The notes under the pieces are model-generated. The model did no database searches and was not told where the DNA came from. It was given only the letters and a program-made list of their open reading frames with translations. A DNA stretch of 64,000 nt, taken from positions 512,001 through 576,000 of the forward strand of contig CBDCUI010000008.1 of the NCBI GenBank assembly GCA_965222615.1. The letters are read 5' to 3'. Every line of letters begins with the position of its first letter. Position 1 is the first letter of the stretch. The translations under genes were made by a program, and so were the position numbers. Origin of the DNA: Gammaproteobacteria bacterium. Lineage in GTDB: Bacteria; Pseudomonadota; Gammaproteobacteria; UBA4575. Below, one piece after another: positions 29,624 through 38,587 of the stretch.

Positions 29624-29691
29624 TGTTGTGCAATCACTTTATACTAACTTCATATTACTCACAATAAAAAATAACTGAATGGGAGACTATT

Positions 29692-31386
29692 GTGAAGAGA
29701 TTTGAAAATCCCATCTGGGAACATTCTTCCTCGAATAATAGAGAATTATCAGACACTCAGGACAATATACTTAAAGTATGTGTCCGAGTTATTATTTTTT
29801 GGCTTTTAGTTTTAATGCTATTAGTATCTTATGCAGATGCAGAAATAGCAGGGTGTAATTCAATATTCGATGACGCTTCGTTTGCGGAAGGTGTAGTAAG
29901 AACATTCGGTACAAATGTTAATAACCCGTTTGTAAACATAACGCATAATGAACCACCAATAGTATGTACAGCAGTTGATGGTCAGGGAGAGTATTGTGGA
30001 GATCACCCAATAACAGGGGACACTGCGTGTGTTGCACATAGATATAAATGTCCAAATGTATTTAATGTGTGGGTAGGCCCTGGTTCGCAGCACTGTCCTT
30101 CTGGTGACCCTTGTCCACCTGGGTGGGAAGATAATGGCGTAGGCGGATGTTCGTATGCAGATACAAACATCCAGTTCCCTAAGGAGAATGGCATGCCTGA
30201 AACTGCCTGTTTAGGCAACCCAATAAACCCTGCCACAGGAAATAAATTTCAAATTGAAACTGATATTACCTCATCAGATAGATTAACGTTTTCACGATAC
30301 TACAATTCAATCAAAGACGAAGAATTAGGAACTATAATAATTGAAGGAAAATGGACATTTGATTATTTTCAAAGTTTGAAAATCTACACAAATGTAACTA
30401 CAAATTTATATTTTGCATTTGTTAACAGACAAGACGGGAAAAAATACCAATTCACATGTTCGGAATTACCTGGACCTTGTAGTAGTGATACAGATGTAAA
30501 ACTAACTCTAGATAAAACAATCAATGGGTACACGCTACTGACTGAAAATAACATTACAGAAAATTACGATACCGATGGTAAATTGCTATCAATTACTGAT
30601 CTATCGGGGCGAACACAGACACTTAGCTATAACGTGGGCAATGGACTGCTTGAAACAGTAACAGATTTCTTTGGCAAAACACTTGTATTCACACACGATG
30701 TAAATAAACGGTTGGAAACGGTTTCTGATCCTGACGGGGACGTATATACATACATATATAACGCTACGACTGGAAATTTAGAAAGTGTCATTTATCCAGA
30801 CGATACGCCAGGCACCAGCACAGATAACCCTAAAAGAGAATATCTATATAATAACCCTAATTTTGATTCGCTCTTAACAGCTATTATAGATGAAAATGGG
30901 AATATATTTTCAGAGTGGGCTTATGACGCGCAAGGAAGAGCAGTCATGTCTAAATATGCAGGTGGGGCCGAACAAGTAAATATAACATACAATTCTAATG
31001 GTACTGTGAATGTTACGGATTCTCTAGGTGCAAGCAATATATATTCATTTGAAGTACATGCACACTCAAATAAATTATCTTCTATAAGTGGCGGACAATG
31101 CGGCAGTGGCTGTTCAAATCAAGGCCAAGCACAAACCTATGATGTGAATGGCTTCTTAGCCTCACGCACAGACTTTGAAGGCAACGTCACCACATTCATA
31201 AACAACAGCCGAGGCTTACAAACCTCACGTACCGAAGCGGTAGGCACACCCGAAGAACGCACGATCACTACCGAATGGCATCCGACATTTAGACTTCCAA
31301 CCAAGATTGCTGAGCCTGGAAAAGAAACCCTCTTTACTTATGACGCGCAGGGGCGTTTGTTAACACGTTCTGAAAGGGAGCTATAA
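29692..31386 (+). CDS. Split-RHS N-half module 3
   Basis: GGGAG RBS and GTG start; signal ending ADA; CLGNPINPATGNKFQ; ends QGRLLTRSEREL*. Confidence 0.88.
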   Translation: MKRFENPIWEHSSSNNRELSDTQDNILKVCVRVIIFWLLVLMLLVSYADAEIAGCNSIFDDASFAEGVVRTFGTNVNNPFVNITHNEPPIVCTAVDGQGEYCGDHPITGDTACVAHRYKCPNVFNVWVGPGSQHCPSGDPCPPGWEDNGVGGCSYADTNIQFPKENGMPETACLGNPINPATGNKFQIETDITSSDRLTFSRYYNSIKDEELGTIIIEGKWTFDYFQSLKIYTNVTTNLYFAFVNRQDGKKYQFTCSELPGPCSSDTDVKLTLDKTINGYTLLTENNITENYDTDGKLLSITDLSGRTQTLSYNVGNGLLETVTDFFGKTLVFTHDVNKRLETVSDPDGDVYTYIYNATTGNLESVIYPDDTPGTSTDNPKREYLYNNPNFDSLLTAIIDENGNIFSEWAYDAQGRAVMSKYAGGAEQVNITYNSNGTVNVTDSLGASNIYSFEVHAHSNKLSSISGGQCGSGCSNQGQAQTYDVNGFLASRTDFEGNVTTFINNSRGLQTSRTEAVGTPEERTITTEWHPTFRLPTKIAEPGKETLFTYDAQGRLLTRSEREL

Positions 31387-31389
31387 GAC

Positions 31390-32952
31390 ATGAATAAAAT
31401 TCGAAAATTAGATCAAATTATGTCTCTAATTTTTGTCTGTGTAACATTTTATTTTGGTACAACTAGTTTTTTATTTGCACATCAACCACCTTCTGCACCG
31501 AGTATTTGCATTGGTATGTTTTCGTCATGCAGCCCTGCAGCAAGGAGCACATGTTTTTCTGATTCTAGTTTTGTCCCAGAATGTGGTGCGATTATGAATG
31601 GTCCAGGGCTTTGTAGTGGGACAAACTTTTACCAATATAGACATACAAGTTTTGGGCATCTCCACCAATATGGATGCATTGATACTGGCGGGTGTTCTAC
31701 AAGTGAATATGCTGATGGTTTTGGAGCATGTGTAGCTGATACCCAACTAGATTTAGTAAGAACCTTGGGTGATCCAGAAGGATCATGTCCAAGAGGTAAT
31801 CCAATTCATGCTTCTACTGGTAATAATTTTGAAACTGAAATAGATTATTCCTTAAGTAATGGTGGTTTAAATTTCATTCGCTATTACAACAGTCTTTCTC
31901 AAAATGATGTTGACCTTGGAATAAAATGGACAGCGTCTTATTTCCAAAATCTTTCTGTTAACTTTTTTTTCGTCACAGTTAATCAAGCAGATGGTGGAAT
32001 TGAAAAATTCTCATGTACTGCAAATACATTTCAAAACATAGGTCCATGTACATCAAGTTCTGATGCAATTATTCAACTTGAAAAAACAAATTCAGGCTAT
32101 TCATTGACAACTAAGAATAATCAGATTGAAGAATATGACCCAACCGGAAAACTTCTATCGATTACATCAACTACAAATGGAATTCAAAATTTAGCTTACA
32201 ACTCGACGACCAACTTACTTGAATCGGTAACTGATCAATTTGGTCAATCATTATCTTTTGCATATGATGTAAATAATCGTTTAGAAACTGTTACTGATCC
32301 AGATAATAATGTTTATAGTTATTCTTATGATTCTAATAATAATTTAGAAATAGTCACTTATCCTGACAATACTCCTTTAAACACTAATGATAATCCGACA
32401 AGGACTTATCATTATGAAGATACAAATTTACCAAATCATCTTACGGGAATCACAGATGAAAATTCTAACCGATATGTAACTTGGGGTTACGATACCCAAG
32501 GTAGGGCTATGTTCAGCGAGCATAACGGTGGTGCAGATCGAACTGACTTTACATATAACTCGAATGGAACTACTACTGTTACAGATTCCCTTGGTGCATC
32601 AAATACATACTCGTATGAAATGTCAGTTGGTATTCCGCGAACAATTACAATTACTGGTGGACAGTGTGGTAGTGGCTGTTCGGGCGAAGGGCAAGCACAA
32701 ACCTATGATGTCAACGGATTTCTCGCATCAAGAACCGACTTCGAAGGCAACGTCACCACATTCATAAATAACAGCCGAGGTTTACAAACTTCTCGAACCG
32801 AAGCAGTAGGCACACTCGAAGAACGCACTATCACTACCGAATGGCATCCAGATTATAGACTGCCAACCAAAATCACCGAACCGGGGAAAGAAACCGAATT
32901 TATCTATGACACGCAGGGCCGACTCCTGACACGTACCGAGCGGGAGATCTAG
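31390..32952 (+). CDS. Split-RHS N-half module 4
   Basis: Signal ending LFA; CPRGNPIHASTGNNFE; ends QGRLLTRTEREI*. Confidence 0.88.
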   Translation: MNKIRKLDQIMSLIFVCVTFYFGTTSFLFAHQPPSAPSICIGMFSSCSPAARSTCFSDSSFVPECGAIMNGPGLCSGTNFYQYRHTSFGHLHQYGCIDTGGCSTSEYADGFGACVADTQLDLVRTLGDPEGSCPRGNPIHASTGNNFETEIDYSLSNGGLNFIRYYNSLSQNDVDLGIKWTASYFQNLSVNFFFVTVNQADGGIEKFSCTANTFQNIGPCTSSSDAIIQLEKTNSGYSLTTKNNQIEEYDPTGKLLSITSTTNGIQNLAYNSTTNLLESVTDQFGQSLSFAYDVNNRLETVTDPDNNVYSYSYDSNNNLEIVTYPDNTPLNTNDNPTRTYHYEDTNLPNHLTGITDENSNRYVTWGYDTQGRAMFSEHNGGADRTDFTYNSNGTTTVTDSLGASNTYSYEMSVGIPRTITITGGQCGSGCSGEGQAQTYDVNGFLASRTDFEGNVTTFINNSRGLQTSRTEAVGTLEERTITTEWHPDYRLPTKITEPGKETEFIYDTQGRLLTRTEREI

Positions 32953-33050
32953 CCATGTCATATATAAGCAAAAGATTACAACAAACTTTAATGAATCAAT
33001 TATTAAATAACTTCAAACAAAAAACACAAAATCCAACGGGGAGAGACACG

Positions 33051-35789
33051 ATGGGGAACTACACCAACACACACAAGAACCATCAAGGCGCCATAGCAAT
33101 ACTGGGAATATTGCTAATCGCATTTACGTACGATGCCAATGGCAATGTGTTGACTATCGATGGGCCTCGTACTGATGTAAGTGACGTAACCACCTTTACC
33201 TATGACGCCATGGGTAATCGCGCCACCATGAGTGTGGATCCCGATGGTGCTGGGCCTGCCCCTGCGCAAGTGACGCAATTCACCAGTTATGACAACAGTG
33301 GCCGCATACTGTCCATGACCGATCCCAATGGAATAGTTACCGACATGACCTACGATGCCAGAGGACGACTCTTAACCCGCACCGTCGCTGCCGGCACAGG
33401 AAGTGCCGCCACCACAACCTTTGAATACGATGGCGTCGGCAACGTAACCAAGATTGTTCTTCCCAGTAACAACGAACTCAACTACACCTACGATGCAGCA
33501 CAACGCTTAACCAGGATTACCGATCGCCAAGGCCACTACATCCAATACACCTTAGACAATCTTGGTAATCGCACCAAAGAAGAAGTTTTTCAAAACAACG
33601 GAACTCTACGCCGCACCCAAACCAGAGTATTCGATCAACTCAGTCGTATGATCCAAAGTATCGGTGGCGAAAACCAACTCAGCGTATTTGGCTATGATGG
33701 CAACGGCAACCAAATCTCAGTCCTCGATCCACTAAACAGGAATAGCACGAGTGAATACGATGGTTTACAACGCCTAATCAAACAAACCGACCCGGATACC
33801 AATGACACACAGTATGCCTATGATGCCAGAGACAACTTAACCAGTGTTACTGATCCAAGAGGTCTCACCACCACTTACACCTACAATGGACTCGATGACT
33901 TAACCCAACTCACCAGTCCAGATACCGGTACAACAACCTATACCTACGACGATGCGGGTAATCGCACCAGTCAAACCGATGCAAGAAACATCACCACCAA
34001 CTACAAATACGATGCCTTAAACCGACTCATCCAAATCGAATATCCCGGGCAAGCCGGTCTCAATATCGATTTTATCTATGACACCATATGCGTCCATTGC
34101 AAAGGACGGTTGCGAGAAATCCAAGACAACACCGGGCGCTATGTATATGCCTACAGTCGATTGGGCGAAGTCACCCTAGCCAGAAGAGTCAGCCAAGGAC
34201 AAATCTATGATACGAGATATACCTATGACAAAGCCGGCAACAACACCAAGATTACCTATCCCTCAGGCAAAGAAATTCAATACGTCTACAACAGCATTAA
34301 AAGAGTAAAAGAAGTTAAACTAATAGATGGAGCCACCACCACAACCCTAGCCAACAACATCGTGTATCGCATGTTTGGGCCAATGCAAAAAGTAGAGTTC
34401 GGAAATGGACTCATTACAACTAGCAACTACGATATGGATTATCGACAGTTAAATAGTCGAACCTTACCCTTAATCGATTATCGATATATCTACGATGAAG
34501 CCAACAACATCACCAGTTGGCGCAACATTGCGAATACAAGTGAGAACCAAGACTTTATCTACGACAATCTCGATCGACTCACCAGTGCCGATGGCAACTA
34601 TGGACTCATCAACTACACCTACGATGCCGTGGGGAATCGACTCACCAAAACCGACAATGGCAATACCGACACCTATGCCTACAAACCCACAAGACATCAT
34701 CTCGATGACATTACCGATGCCAATAGTGTAGTAACAGACTACAATCACACCGCAGCGGGAAGCATCAACAGAATAGGAACGGATACCTATGGCTATAGCA
34801 AAACCGGCAGGATGGCCAATGCGATAATAGGAGGAATAAAGACTACATACCGATATGATGGCAAAGGGCAGAGAACCTTAAAAACCGAAGATGCCACCGG
34901 CAACAAAACCCTGTATCACTATGATGAAGCAGGACAACTCATAGCAGAAACCCAAGCAGATGGCACCACGATACGAGAATACATCTATCTGAATGGCCAA
35001 CCGATCGCGATGCTAGAGAACAACAACCTCTACTACTATCATTTGGATCATCTCGGCACACCACAAATGATGACCGATGCCACCCAAACAGTAGTATGGC
35101 AAGCTAATTATGATCCGTTTGGAAATGCAACAGTTGCAGTGAATACAGTTACTAATAATATTCGTTTTCCCTCACAGTATTTTGATTCGGAAACTGGACT
35201 ACACTACAACATTCTAAGGGACTATGATCCAGGTACAGGTAGGTATATGCAAAGCGATAGCATTGGGTTAACCGGCGGTCTTAATACATATTTGTATGCA
35301 CTTGCGAATTCAACGCGTTATATTGATTTAGATGGAGCAATGCCATGTGAGCGAGGCGATTATCCTTGTTTGAATAGCATGGGTGGGTTTTTTAATCCTA
35401 AGGCATTCCCACAAAGAGGACATCGAGGTATTTTCCCAGGAGGTGGACCTTTAGAACACCACAATCGAAATGTTAATCAAACATGTCCTCCAAAAAACCC
35501 GTGTGATACCACAAACAACAATCAATGCCAGGAATCGAATTGTAAGGATTGGGTGTTTGAAGGAAGACCAGGGCTACATTGTAGCTACAAGACATATCGA
35601 GGCGTATCAAGTTCTAACCAAGGTTTCCAATGTTCATATGATGAAACTGGAAATCTAGTTACAGATTCACGTTGTGCAGGAACGTTTGACTTTAGTCCTC
35701 CCTATGATGAGTTCGGGAAGCCGACTCCAAATAGAGTAGGTAAGCATTTTAGTAAAGATGTTATACCTTTTTTATTATTCGGAAATTAG
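33051..35789 (+). CDS. Split-RHS C-half: YD shell, RHS core and Cys-rich C-terminal cargo domain
   Basis: GGGGAG RBS before ATG 33051 (ORF open from 32955); short hydrophobic leader, then FTYDANGNVLTIDGPRTDVSD; HLDHLGTP, YDPFG, ETGLHYN, GRYMQSD; ~150 aa variable tail. Confidence 0.9.
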   Translation: MGNYTNTHKNHQGAIAILGILLIAFTYDANGNVLTIDGPRTDVSDVTTFTYDAMGNRATMSVDPDGAGPAPAQVTQFTSYDNSGRILSMTDPNGIVTDMTYDARGRLLTRTVAAGTGSAATTTFEYDGVGNVTKIVLPSNNELNYTYDAAQRLTRITDRQGHYIQYTLDNLGNRTKEEVFQNNGTLRRTQTRVFDQLSRMIQSIGGENQLSVFGYDGNGNQISVLDPLNRNSTSEYDGLQRLIKQTDPDTNDTQYAYDARDNLTSVTDPRGLTTTYTYNGLDDLTQLTSPDTGTTTYTYDDAGNRTSQTDARNITTNYKYDALNRLIQIEYPGQAGLNIDFIYDTICVHCKGRLREIQDNTGRYVYAYSRLGEVTLARRVSQGQIYDTRYTYDKAGNNTKITYPSGKEIQYVYNSIKRVKEVKLIDGATTTTLANNIVYRMFGPMQKVEFGNGLITTSNYDMDYRQLNSRTLPLIDYRYIYDEANNITSWRNIANTSENQDFIYDNLDRLTSADGNYGLINYTYDAVGNRLTKTDNGNTDTYAYKPTRHHLDDITDANSVVTDYNHTAAGSINRIGTDTYGYSKTGRMANAIIGGIKTTYRYDGKGQRTLKTEDATGNKTLYHYDEAGQLIAETQADGTTIREYIYLNGQPIAMLENNNLYYYHLDHLGTPQMMTDATQTVVWQANYDPFGNATVAVNTVTNNIRFPSQYFDSETGLHYNILRDYDPGTGRYMQSDSIGLTGGLNTYLYALANSTRYIDLDGAMPCERGDYPCLNSMGGFFNPKAFPQRGHRGIFPGGGPLEHHNRNVNQTCPPKNPCDTTNNNQCQESNCKDWVFEGRPGLHCSYKTYRGVSSSNQGFQCSYDETGNLVTDSRCAGTFDFSPPYDEFGKPTPNRVGKHFSKDVIPFLLFGN

Positions 35790-35795
35790 TATTTA

Positions 35796-36095
35796 TTGAA
35801 GTTACATACTGATATGACTTCATTTATTACAGGCTTATTAGTGTGGGGTATTGCTATTTACGCCCTAAATCCATGGAAAGTATTGGAAGAAAATTCTAAT
35901 AACACTTCATTCCAGACGAATATTATTCTTTTGGTAGTTATATTACTCTCTATATTTGGAATTTTTATGGGCACTTATGCAATAAGAAAAGAGGCCTCAA
36001 GTAAAGCAATTGCTATTATAGGAATGGTGCTTAATGGTGCGTTTTTTTCCTTCTGCGTTATAGGTTTATTAATTGCGCTATTTGGGTCTGTGTAA
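35796..36095 (+). CDS. Small 3-TM protein, putative immunity/accessory protein
   Basis: Starts 6 nt after the RHS stop; three hydrophobic segments; function inferred from position only. Confidence 0.6.
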   Translation: MKLHTDMTSFITGLLVWGIAIYALNPWKVLEENSNNTSFQTNIILLVVILLSIFGIFMGTYAIRKEASSKAIAIIGMVLNGAFFSFCVIGLLIALFGSV

Positions 36096-36327
36096 GATTT
36101 CCTGGCCAGTATTACGACCAGGAGACGGGCGCACACTATAACTATCATAGATACTACGACCCAGAATTAGGTAGATATAGAGAAGCAGATCCATTATTGC
36201 AACCAAATCGATTTTTAACAGATGATTTTGCGTTTTATGTTCCAGACTTGATTCAAGTATCTGCCTCGTGGCTACATCCTTACTCATATGTGACTTCCCG
36301 ACCAATTACTTTAACTGACCTAGCCCG
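36095..36327 (+). pseudogene. Orphan RHS core fragment truncated by IS30
   Basis: Reads [34 protein letters not shown]...[15 protein letters not shown]; no start codon; ends at the IS left end. Confidence 0.85.
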
Positions 36328-37431
36328 GGCAGATTCTAGATCCAAGTGCACCACTAACTTAAGTGGCAGGACATGAATTCTTATCCAAGTAAAATGAGGT
36401 TTTCGAGATCTTATTTTAGCAGGAGGGATTCATGTCCTACGTACATGTTAGCGCAAAAGAACGTCATACATTAATGTATTTGTTGCATCTTCGTTTCAGT
36501 TATCGAGAGATTGGACGTCGATTAGGCCGTCATCACAGCACCATCTCAAGAGAAGTCAAACGTAATGGTCGCAGGTCTGGTTGGAGTTATTGGGATGAAT
36601 ACGCGCAGTGCCAAGCGCAACAGCGTAAACGTCAGCCTCGTCATCGGAGAAGACGAGATCATCAAACACTCTATAACAAGGTCATCGCGTACTTACGCCA
36701 AGGCTGGTCCCCGGATGCCATCAGTGGCTGGTTGCGCAGACATTACAAGAAGCGTTCTCGCGTACAGGTCTGCACAGAAACGATTTATCAGTGGATCTAT
36801 TGTGATGCCCAAACAGGCGGCACGTTATATCACTATTTAGCCTCGCAGCATAAGAAGCGCAAACGACAGCCTTTGAATAGGCTCAAAACGATCGGCATTT
36901 CACATCGAGTAGGGATTGAACATCGTCCTGATCATATTGAAAAAAGACAACGACTAGGCCATTGGGAAGGCGATACGGTGGAAGGGGCCAAAGGCTGTGG
37001 CGGTGTGGTGACCTTAGTCGAACGTAAAAGCCGGTTTCTTCTTGCAGGTTTGCTTAAAGACAAACAAGCCCTCACCTTTAGTCAAGTTTCACAACAAGCA
37101 CTTAAAAACATTCCAAGTACACTATGCAAAACATTGACCTTGGACAATGGGAAAGAAAATGTCCTGCATCAACAAATCAGCCAATCAAAAAAGATGAAGA
37201 TCTATTTCACCGATCCGTATTCACCTTGGCAACGCGGTACCAATGAACAAACCAATGGTTTATTGAGAAGAACCTTTCCTAAAGGAACTGATTTTCGTAA
37301 AGTATCTAAACAACAACTTAAAAAAGCCGTTAAACGCATTAATCAACGACCTCGTAAAATACTCAACTACTTAACACCTGAGGAAGTTTTTATGAATGCC
37401 GTGAATGGTGCACTTTGAATTGGAACTCGCC
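36328..37431 (+). mobile_element. IS30 family insertion sequence
   Basis: Imperfect 25 bp TIRs GGCAGATTCTAGATCCAAGTGCACC / GGTGCACTTTGAATTGGAACTCGCC (18 of 25 match); no target duplication visible. Confidence 0.88.
36432..37418 (+). CDS. IS30 family transposase
   Basis: HTH STISREVKRN, GHWEGDTV, DNGKE, SPWQRGTNEQTNGLLR, RPRK. Confidence 0.95.
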   Translation: MSYVHVSAKERHTLMYLLHLRFSYREIGRRLGRHHSTISREVKRNGRRSGWSYWDEYAQCQAQQRKRQPRHRRRRDHQTLYNKVIAYLRQGWSPDAISGWLRRHYKKRSRVQVCTETIYQWIYCDAQTGGTLYHYLASQHKKRKRQPLNRLKTIGISHRVGIEHRPDHIEKRQRLGHWEGDTVEGAKGCGGVVTLVERKSRFLLAGLLKDKQALTFSQVSQQALKNIPSTLCKTLTLDNGKENVLHQQISQSKKMKIYFTDPYSPWQRGTNEQTNGLLRRTFPKGTDFRKVSKQQLKKAVKRINQRPRKILNYLTPEEVFMNAVNGAL

Positions 37432-37465
37432 TGAGGTTTTATGAATAAAGAAAGAGGGTTGTTCA

Positions 37466-38158
37466 ATGCCCCGCAAACCACGATTTTATCTCAAAGGAGT
37501 GCCCTGTCACATCGTACAGCGAGGCAATAATCGAGAGCCCATCTACTTTGAAAAAGAAGACTATCTTTCCTATTTAGAATGGTTAGAAGAAGCTCTAATA
37601 CGCTATGAATGTGAGATACATGCCTATGTGCTCATGACCAATCACGTCCATCTTCTTATTACCCCGAATACCAAGAAAGGCATCAGCCAAACCATGCAAT
37701 ATGTAGGCAGACACTATGTACCCTATATAAATCATATGTATGGAAGGAGCGGAACCTTATGGGAAGGACGATATAAAGCCAGTTTGATAGAAAGTGAAAG
37801 CTACTTACTCACCTGTATGCGCTATATCGAACTTAACCCCGTGCGTGCCAACATGGTAAAAAGTCCAGGACAATATAAATGGTCCAGCTACCAAAGCAAT
37901 GCAACGCAAAAAGAAGACCCGCTACTTACTCAACACCCCAAATACAAAGCATTAGGAAGAACGAAACAACAACGAAAGCATGCATATAGAGAACTGTTTC
38001 GACACCACATCGATGACAAAGATTTACATAACATACGAGAGTGTTGGCAAAGTGGCACGCCCTTGGGGAATGATCGTTTTCGAGCCAAGATTGAGCAACG
38101 ACTGAAAACCAAAGTAGGCCAAACTCAGCGTGGAAGACCAAGGAAAACCACTGTCTAA
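37466..38158 (+). CDS. REP-associated tyrosine (Y1/HUH) transposase, RAYT-like
   Basis: MPRKPR, HIVQRGNNR, YVLMTNHVHLL, LWEGRY, YIELNPVRA, WSSY. Confidence 0.9.
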   Translation: MPRKPRFYLKGVPCHIVQRGNNREPIYFEKEDYLSYLEWLEEALIRYECEIHAYVLMTNHVHLLITPNTKKGISQTMQYVGRHYVPYINHMYGRSGTLWEGRYKASLIESESYLLTCMRYIELNPVRANMVKSPGQYKWSSYQSNATQKEDPLLTQHPKYKALGRTKQQRKHAYRELFRHHIDDKDLHNIRECWQSGTPLGNDRFRAKIEQRLKTKVGQTQRGRPRKTTV

Positions 38159-38230
38159 ATAACGCTCCTAAAAACAAAAAAGAACCAGGCTAGAGGTGTG
38201 GTGTTGATTATTATGCGGTTAGTTAGTATA

Positions 38231-38245
38231 TACGCCAATGGCGTA
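38231..38245. promoter_or_regulatory. Palindromic operator of the higBA-like module
   Basis: TACGCCA-A-TGGCGTA, 11 nt upstream of the toxin ATG. Confidence 0.6.
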
Positions 38246-38256
38246 CAATAATAGCA

Positions 38257-38587
38257 ATGGTTATCATTGAAACCTACATCTTTACACGCATCATTCGTGA
38301 ATTGATGGATGACGAAAACTATGCGCAGTTAACAGTTACAAGAGTTGTTGGCCCAGCAACCTGACAAAGGCGATGTCATCCGTGGTAGTGGTGGCTTGCG
38401 CAAAGTGCGTTGGAAAGTAGAAGGTAAAGGTAAGTGTGGCGGGGTACGAATCATCTATTACTGGGTTAGTGCAGATGATCAAATATGGATGCTGTATGGA
38501 TATGCGAAAACAAGTCAGGAAGACTTAAGCAAAGAGCAGCTAAAAGCTTTACGTGAAATCGTAACGAGGTGGAAACATGAACGATAA
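38257..38587 (+). pseudogene. HigB/RelE toxin, frameshifted
   Basis: MVIIETYIFTRIIRELMDDENYAQL joins QELLAQQPDKGDVIRGSGGLRKVRW...GGVRIIYY only if 7 nt of CAGTTA-A-CAGTTA (38326-38338) are removed. Confidence 0.8.

Larger units (their letters stand above)
27730..32952 (+). repeat. Four ~280-300 bp near-identical 3' tails of the RHS modules (approx. 27730-28030, 29340-29623, 31090-31386, 32655-32952)
   Basis: Shared blocks such as GACTT(T/C)GAAGGCAA, AACAGC(C/A)GAGG.TTACAAAC and GAATGGCAT; peptide TDFEGN.TTFINNSRGLQTSRTEAV.T.EERTITTEWH. Confidence 0.9.

Noticed and set aside
26432-32952. Integron cassette array, shufflon or DGR
   Set aside because: No attC-like sites in the 3-68 nt gaps, no inverted modules, and no integrase, invertase or reverse transcriptase in the window
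32955-33050. N-terminal extension of the RHS C-half from ATG 32955
   Set aside because: Low-complexity A-rich sequence, and a better RBS precedes ATG 33051; a coupled start at 32955 cannot be fully excluded
32880-33125. Module 4 and the C-half as one gene broken by a frameshift, intron or intein
   Set aside because: All four modules stop at the same residue; the gap holds an RBS and a hydrophobic leader; no intron, RT or intein motifs were seen
36078-36305. 75 aa minus-strand ORF
   Set aside because: Antisense shadow of the plus-strand orphan RHS fragment
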